From Myxococcota bacterium (GTDB lineage: Bacteria; Myxococcota_A; Polyangia; Nannocystales; Nannocystaceae): 64,000 nt of DNA. Both the position numbers and the translations under genes were made by a program. The notes below the pieces were generated by a model. It saw only the letters and a list, made by a program, of their open reading frames with translations. It was not told where the DNA came from and searched no databases. Shown here piece after piece: positions 9,258 to 18,524 of this stretch (its first letter is position 1; every line of letters begins with the position of its first letter). The stretch spans positions 96,001 through 160,000 of the forward strand of contig JBCCHT010000005.1 in NCBI GenBank assembly GCA_039028615.1, written 5' to 3'.

Positions 9258-11371
9258 GGTCCCAGCCCTCCCATCAGGGCCAGCGAAGAGGCTTCGCTGA
9301 GGGTGCCCAGGGTCTGCGAGACCGTCTGCTCGGGGTGGCGCTCGTGGGCGAAGCGGGTGTTGTTCCAGCGTCGGCCCTCGAGCACCAGGCGGCCTTCGGG
9401 ATCGATGGACGCGGAGCGAACTCGCCGTCCCGGCCATCGCAGGACGCGGTAGCGGCCGCGGCCGTCCCACAGCACGCGCGCGGTGCTGCCGTCGTCGAAT
9501 TCGACCTCGACCTCGACCGGGATGATCATCTCGCCCGCTCGGTGCACGACCACCACGGCCTCGAGCTGCTCGTCGGAGCGCGAGTCTTCCTCGGTACGCT
9601 CGGGCGGGTCGCCGCCGACCAAGGCTCCGTGCTCGTCGCGGTGCCAGCCCGCATCGCCCTGCGCGGGCCGGTTGGTGACCTTGTGGACCCGGAAGTCCAC
9701 CGTCTTGGTGCTGCGCAGGGCTTGCTCGAAGTACTCGGGGATCGAAAGCGTGATCGGCTGGTCGTCGTCGGTACGCCCGAGCACCACGTGCTCGCCCAGC
9801 TCTCGTACGAAGGTGCCCTCGAGGTCGGCCCCCCGAGGGTGGCGGAAGCGAAACTCGTCGGCGTAGCGCCGCATGGTGTGGTCGAAGGCCTCGGCCCCCA
9901 GCACCCGTCGCAGGGTCAGCATGATGGCCGCCGTCTTGCGGTAGGTCAGCGAGCCGTACTGCCCCACGAGAGGGGTGAAGCGATTGGCGGGCTGATCGAC
10001 GGGCTGCAGCGGCCCGCCCGGCTTCATGTCCAGGCGCAGGCCGTCGTATAGCCCCAGCTCGTGGCCCGCGAACCGAGCCAGCCAGGGCCCGTGGGCGTCG
10101 TCGGGGCCGTGCCAGTCCACGTAGACCAGCATGTTCGAGAAGGTATTGAGGCCTTCGTCGAGCCAAGGCTGGCTGAACTCGTCGGAGGCGAGCAGGCCCT
10201 GGAAGTACTGATGCCCGAACTCGTGGATGGTGGTGAACTCGCCCCCGACGCGGTGGTCGAAGCCCAGCGCGCGCAGGGTGGGCGGCAGGTGGTACGGGGC
10301 GCTGGTCGTATAGAAGGTGGGGTACTCCATGCCCCCGGCCCCGCCCGCGCCCTCGGGGGGGTCGATGAGGGTGATGGTCGACCAGGGGTAGGGCCCGAAT
10401 CGCGCCTCCATGCTCTCGAGCGCGGCACGCTGGGCGGCGAGGTGGGCCGAGGCATCGGCGGCGCGCTCTTCGGGGACCAGGGCGCGGATGCGGATGCCCT
10501 CGTAGTCGTCCCACGCCTCGAACAGGTCGGGCCCGGCCGTCCACGCGAAGTCGTGCACCATCTCGGCGCGGTAGTGCAGCAGCTGGCGGCTGCCCTCGGT
10601 GGTGCTCGAGACCAGGATGCCGCTGGCGCCCGCCACCAGATCGGCGGGCAGGTCCAGGTGCACCTCGTAGTGGCCGAAGTCGGCGTAGAACTCGCTGTAG
10701 AGCGTGAAGGGGTGAGCCCGCCAGCTGCCGTCGGCATGCAGTACGCCCGGCTTGGGGAACCACTGGCCGGCCATCACGAAGCGCCCGGAAAAGCCGGTCC
10801 GGGCGAAAACCTCCGGGAACTGGGTGACGAACGCGATCTCGAACTCGACCGCTTGCCCCGGGTCCACGGGGGTATCGAGGCTCACCGTCATCAGCGAGGG
10901 CTCGTCCGCTTCGCGGTGGGTGAGGGGCGTGCGGGCCGGGTTGCCGTCGCTGCCGATGCCTTGCAGTCGCTCCACCGTCTCGATGTCGATGTAGCCCCAG
11001 GGGTTGTCTTCGCTCTGACCGTGCGCCCGGTGGCTGCCTCGACCCTGACGCATCCAGGCCGTGTCCTCGGCTCGGAATCCGTTCATGTACAGGTGGAACG
11101 GAATCTCGTGGACGGGGGCGGGACCGTTGTTGCGCCAGGTGATGTGGGCGCGGCCTTCGACGCGGTGCTCTTCTTCGTCGTAGCGGGCGTCGATCTCGTA
11201 GTCGACGACGCGCGCGGACGCGGGGACCTTGCCCGACGCCGCGGCCGGTCGCAGCGCCTCGGTCGGCTCGGGCACGGGCTCGCTGGGCGGCGGGGCCTCG
11301 GCCGGGCAGGCGGCGCTGGCCAGCGTCGCCGCGGCCGCCAAGACTCGTGCACCCCGTCGGATGCGCCCCAC
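9254..11371 (-). CDS. M1 family zinc aminopeptidase, probable lipoprotein
   Basis: GGMEYP, HEFGH...WLDEG; GTG start with GGGAG RBS; LASAAC lipobox-like. Confidence 0.92.
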   Translation of the reverse strand: MGRIRRGARVLAAAATLASAACPAEAPPPSEPVPEPTEALRPAAASGKVPASARVVDYEIDARYDEEEHRVEGRAHITWRNNGPAPVHEIPFHLYMNGFRAEDTAWMRQGRGSHRAHGQSEDNPWGYIDIETVERLQGIGSDGNPARTPLTHREADEPSLMTVSLDTPVDPGQAVEFEIAFVTQFPEVFARTGFSGRFVMAGQWFPKPGVLHADGSWRAHPFTLYSEFYADFGHYEVHLDLPADLVAGASGILVSSTTEGSRQLLHYRAEMVHDFAWTAGPDLFEAWDDYEGIRIRALVPEERAADASAHLAAQRAALESMEARFGPYPWSTITLIDPPEGAGGAGGMEYPTFYTTSAPYHLPPTLRALGFDHRVGGEFTTIHEFGHQYFQGLLASDEFSQPWLDEGLNTFSNMLVYVDWHGPDDAHGPWLARFAGHELGLYDGLRLDMKPGGPLQPVDQPANRFTPLVGQYGSLTYRKTAAIMLTLRRVLGAEAFDHTMRRYADEFRFRHPRGADLEGTFVRELGEHVVLGRTDDDQPITLSIPEYFEQALRSTKTVDFRVHKVTNRPAQGDAGWHRDEHGALVGGDPPERTEEDSRSDEQLEAVVVVHRAGEMIIPVEVEVEFDDGSTARVLWDGRGRYRVLRWPGRRVRSASIDPEGRLVLEGRRWNNTRFAHERHPEQTVSQTLGTLSEASSLALMGGLGP

Positions 11372-11485
11372 GGTCTCCCGGAGGGATCGGTCCTGATGGA
11401 TCGCCCGCAGTCTCACGTGCTCGATGCGTACACCGTGGCCGTCCAACGAGCAACGGATCGCGATGCAGGCTACGCTGCGGCGTCC

Positions 11486-12007
11486 ATGGAGCGGGTCGGT
11501 CTGCACGGTCTCGACGAACGAGGGGTGGCCACCGCCGCCGTCGCGCTGGGAGCGGTGCTGCAGCCCGGTGACGTGCTGTTGCTGGAGGGTCCGATGGGGG
11601 CGGGCAAGACCACGTTCACGCGGGCGCTGGCCGAAGGTCTTGCTGTACGTCGGCCCGAACGAGTGCGAAGTCCCACGTACAACCTGTGCCTGATCCACGA
11701 CGGGCCGCGGCCGCTCGTGCACGTGGATCTCTTTCGTCTCGCGCAGACCGACGAGGGCTCTGCGCCGGTCGGCGAGGCGGCCTTCGAGTCGCTCGGGCTC
11801 GATGCGCTGGGCGAAGGGCTGGGCGGCCCCGAGCCGGTGTTGGTCGTCGAGTGGGCAGACCTGTGGGCGGCCCCACCGGCCGATCACCTACGGATTCGAC
11901 TGCAGCCCGAGCCCGACGATCATCAGCGCAGAACATTGATCGTGAACGCTCACGGGTCGCGAGCCGCCGAGCGACTCGCGGCTTGGCAACCCGCCGCGCC
12001 GGCCTGA
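11486..12007 (+). CDS. tsaE: tRNA threonylcarbamoyladenosine biosynthesis ATPase TsaE
   Basis: LEGPMGAGKTTF, SPTY, HVDLFRL, VEWAD motifs. Confidence 0.93.
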   Translation: MERVGLHGLDERGVATAAVALGAVLQPGDVLLLEGPMGAGKTTFTRALAEGLAVRRPERVRSPTYNLCLIHDGPRPLVHVDLFRLAQTDEGSAPVGEAAFESLGLDALGEGLGGPEPVLVVEWADLWAAPPADHLRIRLQPEPDDHQRRTLIVNAHGSRAAERLAAWQPAAPA

Positions 12008-12393
12008 TTCGGTTCGGGTGGGCGCCCTCGAGGCGTGGTGTCGGGCGGGCGCCCGGGGCCCCGACGATGGCGGAATGCCCCGATCTCGGCGCTCGGTCCC
12101 GCCCTGGGCAATCCCTGCACACGGCGTGGGCCGGGCCACGCAGCGTCAGGATCCCGCCGCTAGATCTCCGGTTCGACAGGCCCGTTTGGGGCGCGAATTT
12201 CGGGGACGCTGGACGATTTTCGCTTTTCAAGCCCGTCTGGGCGGGTTTATCGTCCGGGCGAGCCGAGCGCTCCGCGGCCCCCGCGGAGCACGCAACCGCG
12301 CTCCCCATCCCAAGAATCACCGCCAGGGTTCCTCCCGGACCCCGGCATCCAAAACACCACGATTAGCGTCAACTCGCTCAGGATCAACAGACC

Positions 12394-12588
12394 ATGGCCA
12401 AAGCGTCCAAGCCCAAGGAAATCGTCGTCGTCGGCTCGAAGGTAAAGGAAGTCATCAAGGAAGCTGGCCTCCGCAGCGACGGCGAGCTCGTCCAAGCCGT
12501 TTCCGACAAGGTTCACGAGCTTCTCGAGGCCGCCATCGAGCGCTGCCAGAGCAACAACCGCAGCACCGTGCGTCCGCACGACCTCTAG
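12394..12588 (+). CDS. Bacterial histone (histone-fold singlet, 64 aa)
   Basis: VVVGSKVKEVIKEAG alpha1, long alpha2, C-terminal RSTVRPHDL (RxTxxxxD); AGGA RBS; 3' hairpin. Confidence 0.88.
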   Translation: MAKASKPKEIVVVGSKVKEVIKEAGLRSDGELVQAVSDKVHELLEAAIERCQSNNRSTVRPHDL

Positions 12589-12601
12589 GCGACACGCCAA
12601 C

Positions 12602-12633
12602 GCCGAGCGAGGACGAGCCGTCCTCCGCTCGGC
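12602..12633 (+). terminator. GC-rich hairpin downstream of the histone gene
   Basis: GCCGAGCG-AGGACG/agc/CGTCCT-c-CGCTCGGC; no U tract. Confidence 0.5.
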
Positions 12634-12783
12634 ACCCGAGCCAGGCCGTCACGCGAACTTCCGCGTGGCGGCCTCGTTCGTTCCCGGGCGTTGTCCGTGC
12701 AGGCCCGGTCGCACCCCGGACGCACGCCACAATCGCGGTTTGCGGTGTATCTGGGAGGTGTCCAGGGCGTATCCTTGGCAGCG

Positions 12784-13500
12784 ATGAACCTCCGGGACGC
12801 CGTGCTGAAAGCCGCCAGCAACTACCTCCGTACTCATCCCGAAGAGCTGTCGCGGATCCTCCGCAACGCGATGGGCCTGCGGTTTGGTGTTCCGATCGCC
12901 GGGTTGCGCTGGCTGGCCGCCAACGGCGGAGACGGTGGTCCCGAAGACGTCGAGATCGACCCCTGTCCGCCGGGCATCCGCATCGGCGCCACGGTCGAGC
13001 TGATGGGCACCAACGTCCGCGCCGTCACCATCCTCTACATCGAGCGCATTCGGATGTCGGCCGAGGAGCTTCGGCTCGAGGTTCGCCTGGAAGACACGAA
13101 GATGACGGTGCTCGGCGATGCCGAGTCCCCGGTGGCGGCGCTCATCAAGTCGGGCGCGCTCGACCTCACCAAAAGCGGCAATCTCGCGGCGCACCTGCCC
13201 GGGCTGTCCCGGCTGCTGGGCGAGTCCACGGGCAACCGGCTGGTCATCGATCTCATGAAGCACCCCGTCCTGGGCAAGAACCGGGTGGCCCGTCGGGTGC
13301 TCGGCTTGGTCTCCTCGTTCGTCACCGTGCACGGGGTCGAGTCCGACGAGGGGCACCTGGACGTCTTGATGCGGGCCTTCCCCCGCGGCATGGGCGGAGC
13401 AGCCCGGGCCGTGCGGGACCACGTGTTCACCGATGGCCCTCCGTGGATTCGGGGGATGCTTCCGGGCCGGAGCAACGGCGAGCCCCGTCGCGGGTACTGA
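12784..13500 (+). CDS. Hypothetical protein (238 aa)
   Basis: ATG at 12784; strong GC3 bias, globular composition; no recognised motif. Confidence 0.75.
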   Translation: MNLRDAVLKAASNYLRTHPEELSRILRNAMGLRFGVPIAGLRWLAANGGDGGPEDVEIDPCPPGIRIGATVELMGTNVRAVTILYIERIRMSAEELRLEVRLEDTKMTVLGDAESPVAALIKSGALDLTKSGNLAAHLPGLSRLLGESTGNRLVIDLMKHPVLGKNRVARRVLGLVSSFVTVHGVESDEGHLDVLMRAFPRGMGGAARAVRDHVFTDGPPWIRGMLPGRSNGEPRRGY

Positions 13501-13691
13501 CCCGTCCGGTGCGATCTCGGCCGGGGCGCAGCGGGCCTCGGGCGGCCGAAACGGCAGCTCGGGACGGCTTCCGCGACCGTCGCCGTTTGCCCGCAATTCA
13601 TCGCTCAGAGCCACTCTTTGGCCCGATTGCGGGCTCCTCGGCGGCCACCTTGACGCGGCTCGTCGGGCCCTGCTAAGAGGCCGCTCCCCAT

Positions 13692-13766
<75 letters not shown>

Positions 13767-13777
13767 AGGACTCTCCC

Positions 13778-13816
13778 CCGCGGTGACCGACAAAGTTCCC
13801 GACACGGTCACCGCGG
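13778..13816. terminator. Inverted repeat between the tRNA and the convergent kinase
   Basis: Perfect 12-bp IR CCGCGGTGACCG/CGGTCACCGCGG. Confidence 0.55.
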
Positions 13817-13956
13817 AACGGAGAAACCCATTCACACGCGGCCGACGACGGTCGAGCTTCGGGCGCTGAGCGCCACGGCTCGCACGCTGCCTCCGCTGCG
13901 TCGTGGCGCGGACGAGGCTGGGCAGCGCCAGCGCCAATTCCACGGGCGGCTGCGGC

Positions 13957-15156
13957 TCAGATGACGACGGCGAGTCGGGTCTGACCCACGGAGAACTCGT
14001 CTTCACCGCCGAGTTCGACGGGCGCCTCGATGACCGCATCGTTGACCCGCACGGTGCCGTCGCCGGTCAGCGGTCGCAGGTGCGGGCGGTTGGGCACGCC
14101 GCTCCACTCGAGCACGGCGTGGACGCGGGGCACGGCGTCGTCGCGCAGCTTGATCTCGCAGCGTCGGCCGCTGCCGATGCGGTAGCTGCCGGGTAGGAAC
14201 AGCTGCTCCACGACCTCGTCGTCGGGCGTGAGCATGCGGAGCTTGGCGGCGACCGGGATGTCCATGTCGCGGTGCAGCACCAGGCCCAGGACGTTGGCGA
14301 AGGCCCCCGCGTTGGGCGGCCGGGCCTCGGGGTCCTTGTCGAGCGCCCGGGCGATGCCGCTGACCAGCGAGTCGGGCAGATCCTTGCAACCCTCGCACTG
14401 CCGGATCGGCGTCGGAGGCGTCTGCGCGTGGGCTTTGAGCCACTCGGTGGGGTTGTGGCGCAGCTGCTCCTTGAGCTCCAGCAAGGGGATGCCGGGGAAG
14501 AAGGGGCTGCGACCGGACAGCAGCTCGAACAGGATGGTGGCCAGGCTGTAGACGTCGCTGGCCGGGGTGAGCACGCGGGTGCGCAGCTGCTCGGGCTGCG
14601 AGTAGTGCGGCGTGCCCACGACCATGTGGTTCTCGGTGGCGTTGACCCCGACCACCGGGCTGCCGTCCCACGATCGCGCGAGACCAAAATCGAGCATTTT
14701 GATCTTGCCGTCGCGCTCGATGAAGATGTTCTCGGGTTTGACGTCGCGATGCACCACGCCCATGGCGTGGGCCTCGGCCAGACCGAGGCACGCCTGGTGG
14801 ATGATCGTGACCGCCTGCGCAGGGTGAAGCGGTTTGCCGAAGTCGTGCCAGTCGTCGAGCGAGCAACCGCTGAGCAGGTCCATCAACAAGTAGATGTGAC
14901 CGTCGGGTCGCAGGCCGCAATCGAAGGTGCGGACGACGTGGGGGTTGGTCAGCGAGCGGAGGATCGTGATCTCGCGGAGGGCTCGCTGCGCTTCTTCGCC
15001 CGAGTGCACGGGCTCGCGAGTGAGCTTGAGGGCGAGGCGCTGGGGGTAGCCGGGCGATTCGACTTCATAGACGCGAGCGAACGAGCCGACGCCCAAGACA
15101 CCATGGATCTTGATGTTGCCCGCGTAGACGTCCCCGGGCTGGAGATCGAGCGGCAT
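13957..15156 (-). CDS. Cytoplasmic Ser/Thr kinase with C-terminal FHA-like domain
   Basis: GVGSFA, ALK, HRDVKPEN, DFG, GTPHY..PE; tail YRIGSG..CEIKL.D..V.RVHA..L..EDEFSVG. Confidence 0.93.
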   Translation of the reverse strand: MPLDLQPGDVYAGNIKIHGVLGVGSFARVYEVESPGYPQRLALKLTREPVHSGEEAQRALREITILRSLTNPHVVRTFDCGLRPDGHIYLLMDLLSGCSLDDWHDFGKPLHPAQAVTIIHQACLGLAEAHAMGVVHRDVKPENIFIERDGKIKMLDFGLARSWDGSPVVGVNATENHMVVGTPHYSQPEQLRTRVLTPASDVYSLATILFELLSGRSPFFPGIPLLELKEQLRHNPTEWLKAHAQTPPTPIRQCEGCKDLPDSLVSGIARALDKDPEARPPNAGAFANVLGLVLHRDMDIPVAAKLRMLTPDDEVVEQLFLPGSYRIGSGRRCEIKLRDDAVPRVHAVLEWSGVPNRPHLRPLTGDGTVRVNDAVIEAPVELGGEDEFSVGQTRLAVVI

Positions 15157-15221
15157 GTGCAGTACCAGTGGCTCCCGGCCGCGAACTTACCATCGTTTTT
15201 GCGCGTCGGCCTTTTGTCGCC

Positions 15222-16001
15222 ATGTCTGATCCCTCGGTCCTCGTTCCTCTGTCTAGCCTGGCCCCCACGGAGCGAAACGCCCGGCTGGCTCCGATCCGCA
15301 TGGTCGCCACCGACGTGGACGGAACCCTGACCCGGGGTCGTGCCCTCGATCCGGCCGTCGTTCGCGTCATCGCCGCGCTGACGGAGGCGGGCGTTCGGGT
15401 CCTGCCCATCAGCGGTCGGCCGACCGGGGAGGTGCTCGGATTGTGTCGCTATCTGCCGGGAGTCGACCATGCAATCTCGGAAAATGGGCTGTTCGAGGTC
15501 GTGCCCGATGTCGCCCCGCGGTGGCTGTTGCCCCCGACCGATCGGCAGGCACTGATGGCGGTCGGCGACCGACTCAACGAGGAACACGGCGCGGGCTTGG
15601 TGCTCACCGCCGACCATCCCTTCCGACTCGGCGACGTCGCCTACGAACGTGAAGGTCGCGACCCCCAGGTGCTCACGGAGTTGCGCACCAAGGCGGCCGA
15701 CCTCGGGGTGTGCCTGGTGTGGTCGAGCGTGCACATCCACCTGACCCCGCGGCCGCCCGACAAAGGCGAGGGCTTGCTTCGTTTTGCGGCGGACCATGGT
15801 CTAGACCCCGCGACGATTCTCACGATTGGCGACGCGCCCAACGACGAAGGGTTGTTCGTCGGCGGTCGCTTCGGAGTGACGGTGGGCACAGCCGACGTAC
15901 CGTCGCAGCGCGACGCCTTCGAGTCCCTACCGACTTATGTCACTGACGAACGAGAGGCCGATGGCTTTCTTCAGGTAGCGGCCGCGCTCCTCGACCGGTA
16001 G
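15222..16001 (+). CDS. HAD superfamily hydrolase (subfamily IIB/Cof-like)
   Basis: DVDGTL, SGR, ENG, DKG, GDAPND motifs. Confidence 0.9.
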   Translation: MSDPSVLVPLSSLAPTERNARLAPIRMVATDVDGTLTRGRALDPAVVRVIAALTEAGVRVLPISGRPTGEVLGLCRYLPGVDHAISENGLFEVVPDVAPRWLLPPTDRQALMAVGDRLNEEHGAGLVLTADHPFRLGDVAYEREGRDPQVLTELRTKAADLGVCLVWSSVHIHLTPRPPDKGEGLLRFAADHGLDPATILTIGDAPNDEGLFVGGRFGVTVGTADVPSQRDAFESLPTYVTDEREADGFLQVAAALLDR

Positions 16002-16046
16002 GCTGCCGAGCGACGCAAATGGTGCGTCGTAGGAGTCGTTTTCGAC

Positions 16047-17156
16047 ATGCAGATTGGCGTCCCTAAAGAGACCAAGACCCACGAGTACCGCGTGGGAATC
16101 AACCCCGAAGGGGTCCGACGATTGGTGGCTGCGGGTCATCAGGTGAAGGTGGAGACCGGGGCGGGCGTAAGCTCCGGTTTCTCCGACGAGACCTTCACCA
16201 AAGTCGGGGCCACGATTGCCAAAGGCGCGGCCGATGCCTGGTCGGCCGACATGGTCATCAAGGTCAAGGAGCCCTTGCCCTCGGAGTTCCAGTACTTCCG
16301 TGAAGGCCTGCTGCTCTACACGTATCTGCACCTCGCGGCCTTCCCCGAGCTGACCAAGGAGCTGCTCGACAAGAAGGTCAGCGGGGTGGCCTACGAGACC
16401 ATCACCGACAAGGCGGGGGCGCTGCCCTTGCTGCGCCCGATGAGCGAGATCGCCGGGCGCATGGCGTCGCAGGTCGGTGCCGCGTGTCTCGAGCGAGAGA
16501 AGGGTGGCAAGGGCCTGTTGCTCGGCGGCATGCCTGGCACCCGTCGCGGTCGCGTCGTGATCCTCGGTGGCGGCATCGTCGGCACCGCGGCCGCCCGCAT
16601 CGCCATTGGCCTCGGGGCCAAGGTGACGGTGATGGACGTCAACGCCGACCGCATGCACTACCTCGAGGACGTGTTCGGCAACAGCATCGAGACCCTGTAC
16701 TCGACGACCGGCGCGATCGAAGAAGAGGTGGCGCGAGCCGACCTCGTGATCGGGGCCGTGCTGCTGCCCGGCGCTGCCGCGCCGAAGCTCGTCGACCGCA
16801 ACCACCTCAAGACCATGGAGGACGGCTCCGTGGTGGTCGACGTCGCCGTCGACCAAGGCGGCTGCATCGCCACCTGTCGGCCCACCACGCACGACAAGCC
16901 GACCTTCGTGGAAGAGGGGGTGGTGCACTACTGCGTGGCCAACATGCCGGGCGCGGTGCCGCAGACCTCCACCACCGCGCTGACCAACGCGACGCTGCCG
17001 TGGGCGGTCGAGCTGGCCAACAAGGGCGTCGTCGAAGCAGCGCGAAGCTCGGTGCACCTGGCGCGAGGACTGAACACCCATCGGGGAGCGTGTGTGTGCG
17101 CACCCGTGGCCGAGGCCCATGGCCTCGAGTCCGTCGCCCTCGAAACGTTGCTCTGA
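16047..17156 (+). CDS. ald: Alanine dehydrogenase
   Basis: IGVPKE..HEYRVG, KVKEP, TYLHLA, MSEIAGR, VDVAVDQGGC, HYCVANMPGAVP. Confidence 0.97.
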   Translation: MQIGVPKETKTHEYRVGINPEGVRRLVAAGHQVKVETGAGVSSGFSDETFTKVGATIAKGAADAWSADMVIKVKEPLPSEFQYFREGLLLYTYLHLAAFPELTKELLDKKVSGVAYETITDKAGALPLLRPMSEIAGRMASQVGAACLEREKGGKGLLLGGMPGTRRGRVVILGGGIVGTAAARIAIGLGAKVTVMDVNADRMHYLEDVFGNSIETLYSTTGAIEEEVARADLVIGAVLLPGAAAPKLVDRNHLKTMEDGSVVVDVAVDQGGCIATCRPTTHDKPTFVEEGVVHYCVANMPGAVPQTSTTALTNATLPWAVELANKGVVEAARSSVHLARGLNTHRGACVCAPVAEAHGLESVALETLL

Positions 17157-17161
17157 GTCGG

Positions 17162-17206
17162 CGATGCTCTTGCGCCCTCGAATTCGTTCGAGGGCGCAAC
17201 GCATCG
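17162..17206 (+). terminator. Strong hairpin after ald (UUCG loop)
   Basis: 13-bp perfect stem TTGCGCCCTCGAA/TTCGAGGGCGCAA, TTCG loop, outer CGATGC/GCATCG pairing. Confidence 0.6.
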
Positions 17207-17315
17207 GGTGACACCGCCGGGCGCTGGGCTGGGTCCAACGAACGCGTGCATGGGCCGGGGCCTATGGCGCATTCTGCGGCTCGTGCTAAGGGAGCCTCGA
17301 GCACCGGTGTTGCCC

Positions 17316-18524
17316 ATGACCTCTGACCCAACCCGTTATCGCCGTAGTTCGGCTCTGCTGGGTTTCCTGCTGCTGTTGGCTGCACCTGCGTGTGGGCCGA
17401 TGGGGCGGGCCGACGCCTCCGATCGTGGTTCTGAAAAGAGCGACGATGAAGAGGAGATCCCGACGCCCATCGTCTCGGCCCGGGTGTTCCGCGGAGAGAT
17501 AAGCGCGGCGATCAAGGCCACGAGCACCATCGAGGCCGAACAACAGGTCACGGTGCACGCCGAGTCGACCGGTCGCATCACCAAGCTGGGCTCCGAAGAG
17601 GGCGACCAAGTCAAAAAGGGACAGCAGCTCGCGCGCATCAAGCAGGACCTCCAGCGCAACGCGCTCGGTCGGGCCTCCACCTCGCTGGCGCAGACGCAGC
17701 GCGACCTCGACAAGGTCCGGGCCTTGGTCGAGCGCGGCGTGGCCTCGCAAGACGAGCTCATCACCGCCGAGCGGGCCTTCGAGATGGCCCAGCTCGACGT
17801 TCGCGACCGCAAGCGGGACGTCAGCAACACCAAGGTGCTCGCGCCCTTCGCCGGCACGGTGACCGAGCGCTTCGTCTCCGAGGGCGCCTTCGTCTCCGCG
17901 GGCGCGCAAATCCTCTCCATCGTCGACTTCGACACGCTGGTCGCTCGGGTCTATGTCCCCGAAAAAGAGCTCGACCGGCTCGAGGTCGGCCAAGACGCGG
18001 CCATCGTGGGCAAGGCAGCCCGCGGCCGCAAAGGCATCGGCGAGCTCCGGCGCATCGCTCCCATCGTCGATGCCACCACGGGCACGGTGAAGCTGACCAT
18101 CGGCTTGCCCTCCGAGCTGGTGGGTGGCGATTCGGGCTTTTTGCCCGGCATGTACGCCGAAGTCACGCTCACCACCGAGGTGCGGGCGGATGCCGTATTG
18201 GTGCCGAAGCAAGCCCTCGTCTACGACGAGGAACAACCCTTCGTGTTCGTCGTCGACGGTGAGCGAGTCGAGCGGGTCTCGGTCACCCTCGGTCTGACCG
18301 ACGCCGACCGAGCCGAGGTCGTCGAAGGCGTCTCGGTCGGTGACGAGATCGTCTTGACCGGGCACGCGGGCCTCAAGGGTGGTGGACTCATCACCCGGGT
18401 CGACACCAACGGAGAGCCCGTCGAAGGACCCGACGCCGCGCCCAAGGCCACCGATGCGCCGGCCGACGGCAAGACCCAACCCGAGGCCGACTCGAAGCAG
18501 TCGCCGAACGAAGAGGGCGCATGA
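17316..18524 (+). CDS. RND efflux periplasmic adaptor (MFP) lipoprotein
   Basis: LLLAAPAC signal; EEGDQVKKGQQLA, APFAGTV, PGMYAEV, VPKQAL motifs. Confidence 0.93.
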   Translation: MTSDPTRYRRSSALLGFLLLLAAPACGPMGRADASDRGSEKSDDEEEIPTPIVSARVFRGEISAAIKATSTIEAEQQVTVHAESTGRITKLGSEEGDQVKKGQQLARIKQDLQRNALGRASTSLAQTQRDLDKVRALVERGVASQDELITAERAFEMAQLDVRDRKRDVSNTKVLAPFAGTVTERFVSEGAFVSAGAQILSIVDFDTLVARVYVPEKELDRLEVGQDAAIVGKAARGRKGIGELRRIAPIVDATTGTVKLTIGLPSELVGGDSGFLPGMYAEVTLTTEVRADAVLVPKQALVYDEEQPFVFVVDGERVERVSVTLGLTDADRAEVVEGVSVGDEIVLTGHAGLKGGGLITRVDTNGEPVEGPDAAPKATDAPADGKTQPEADSKQSPNEEGA

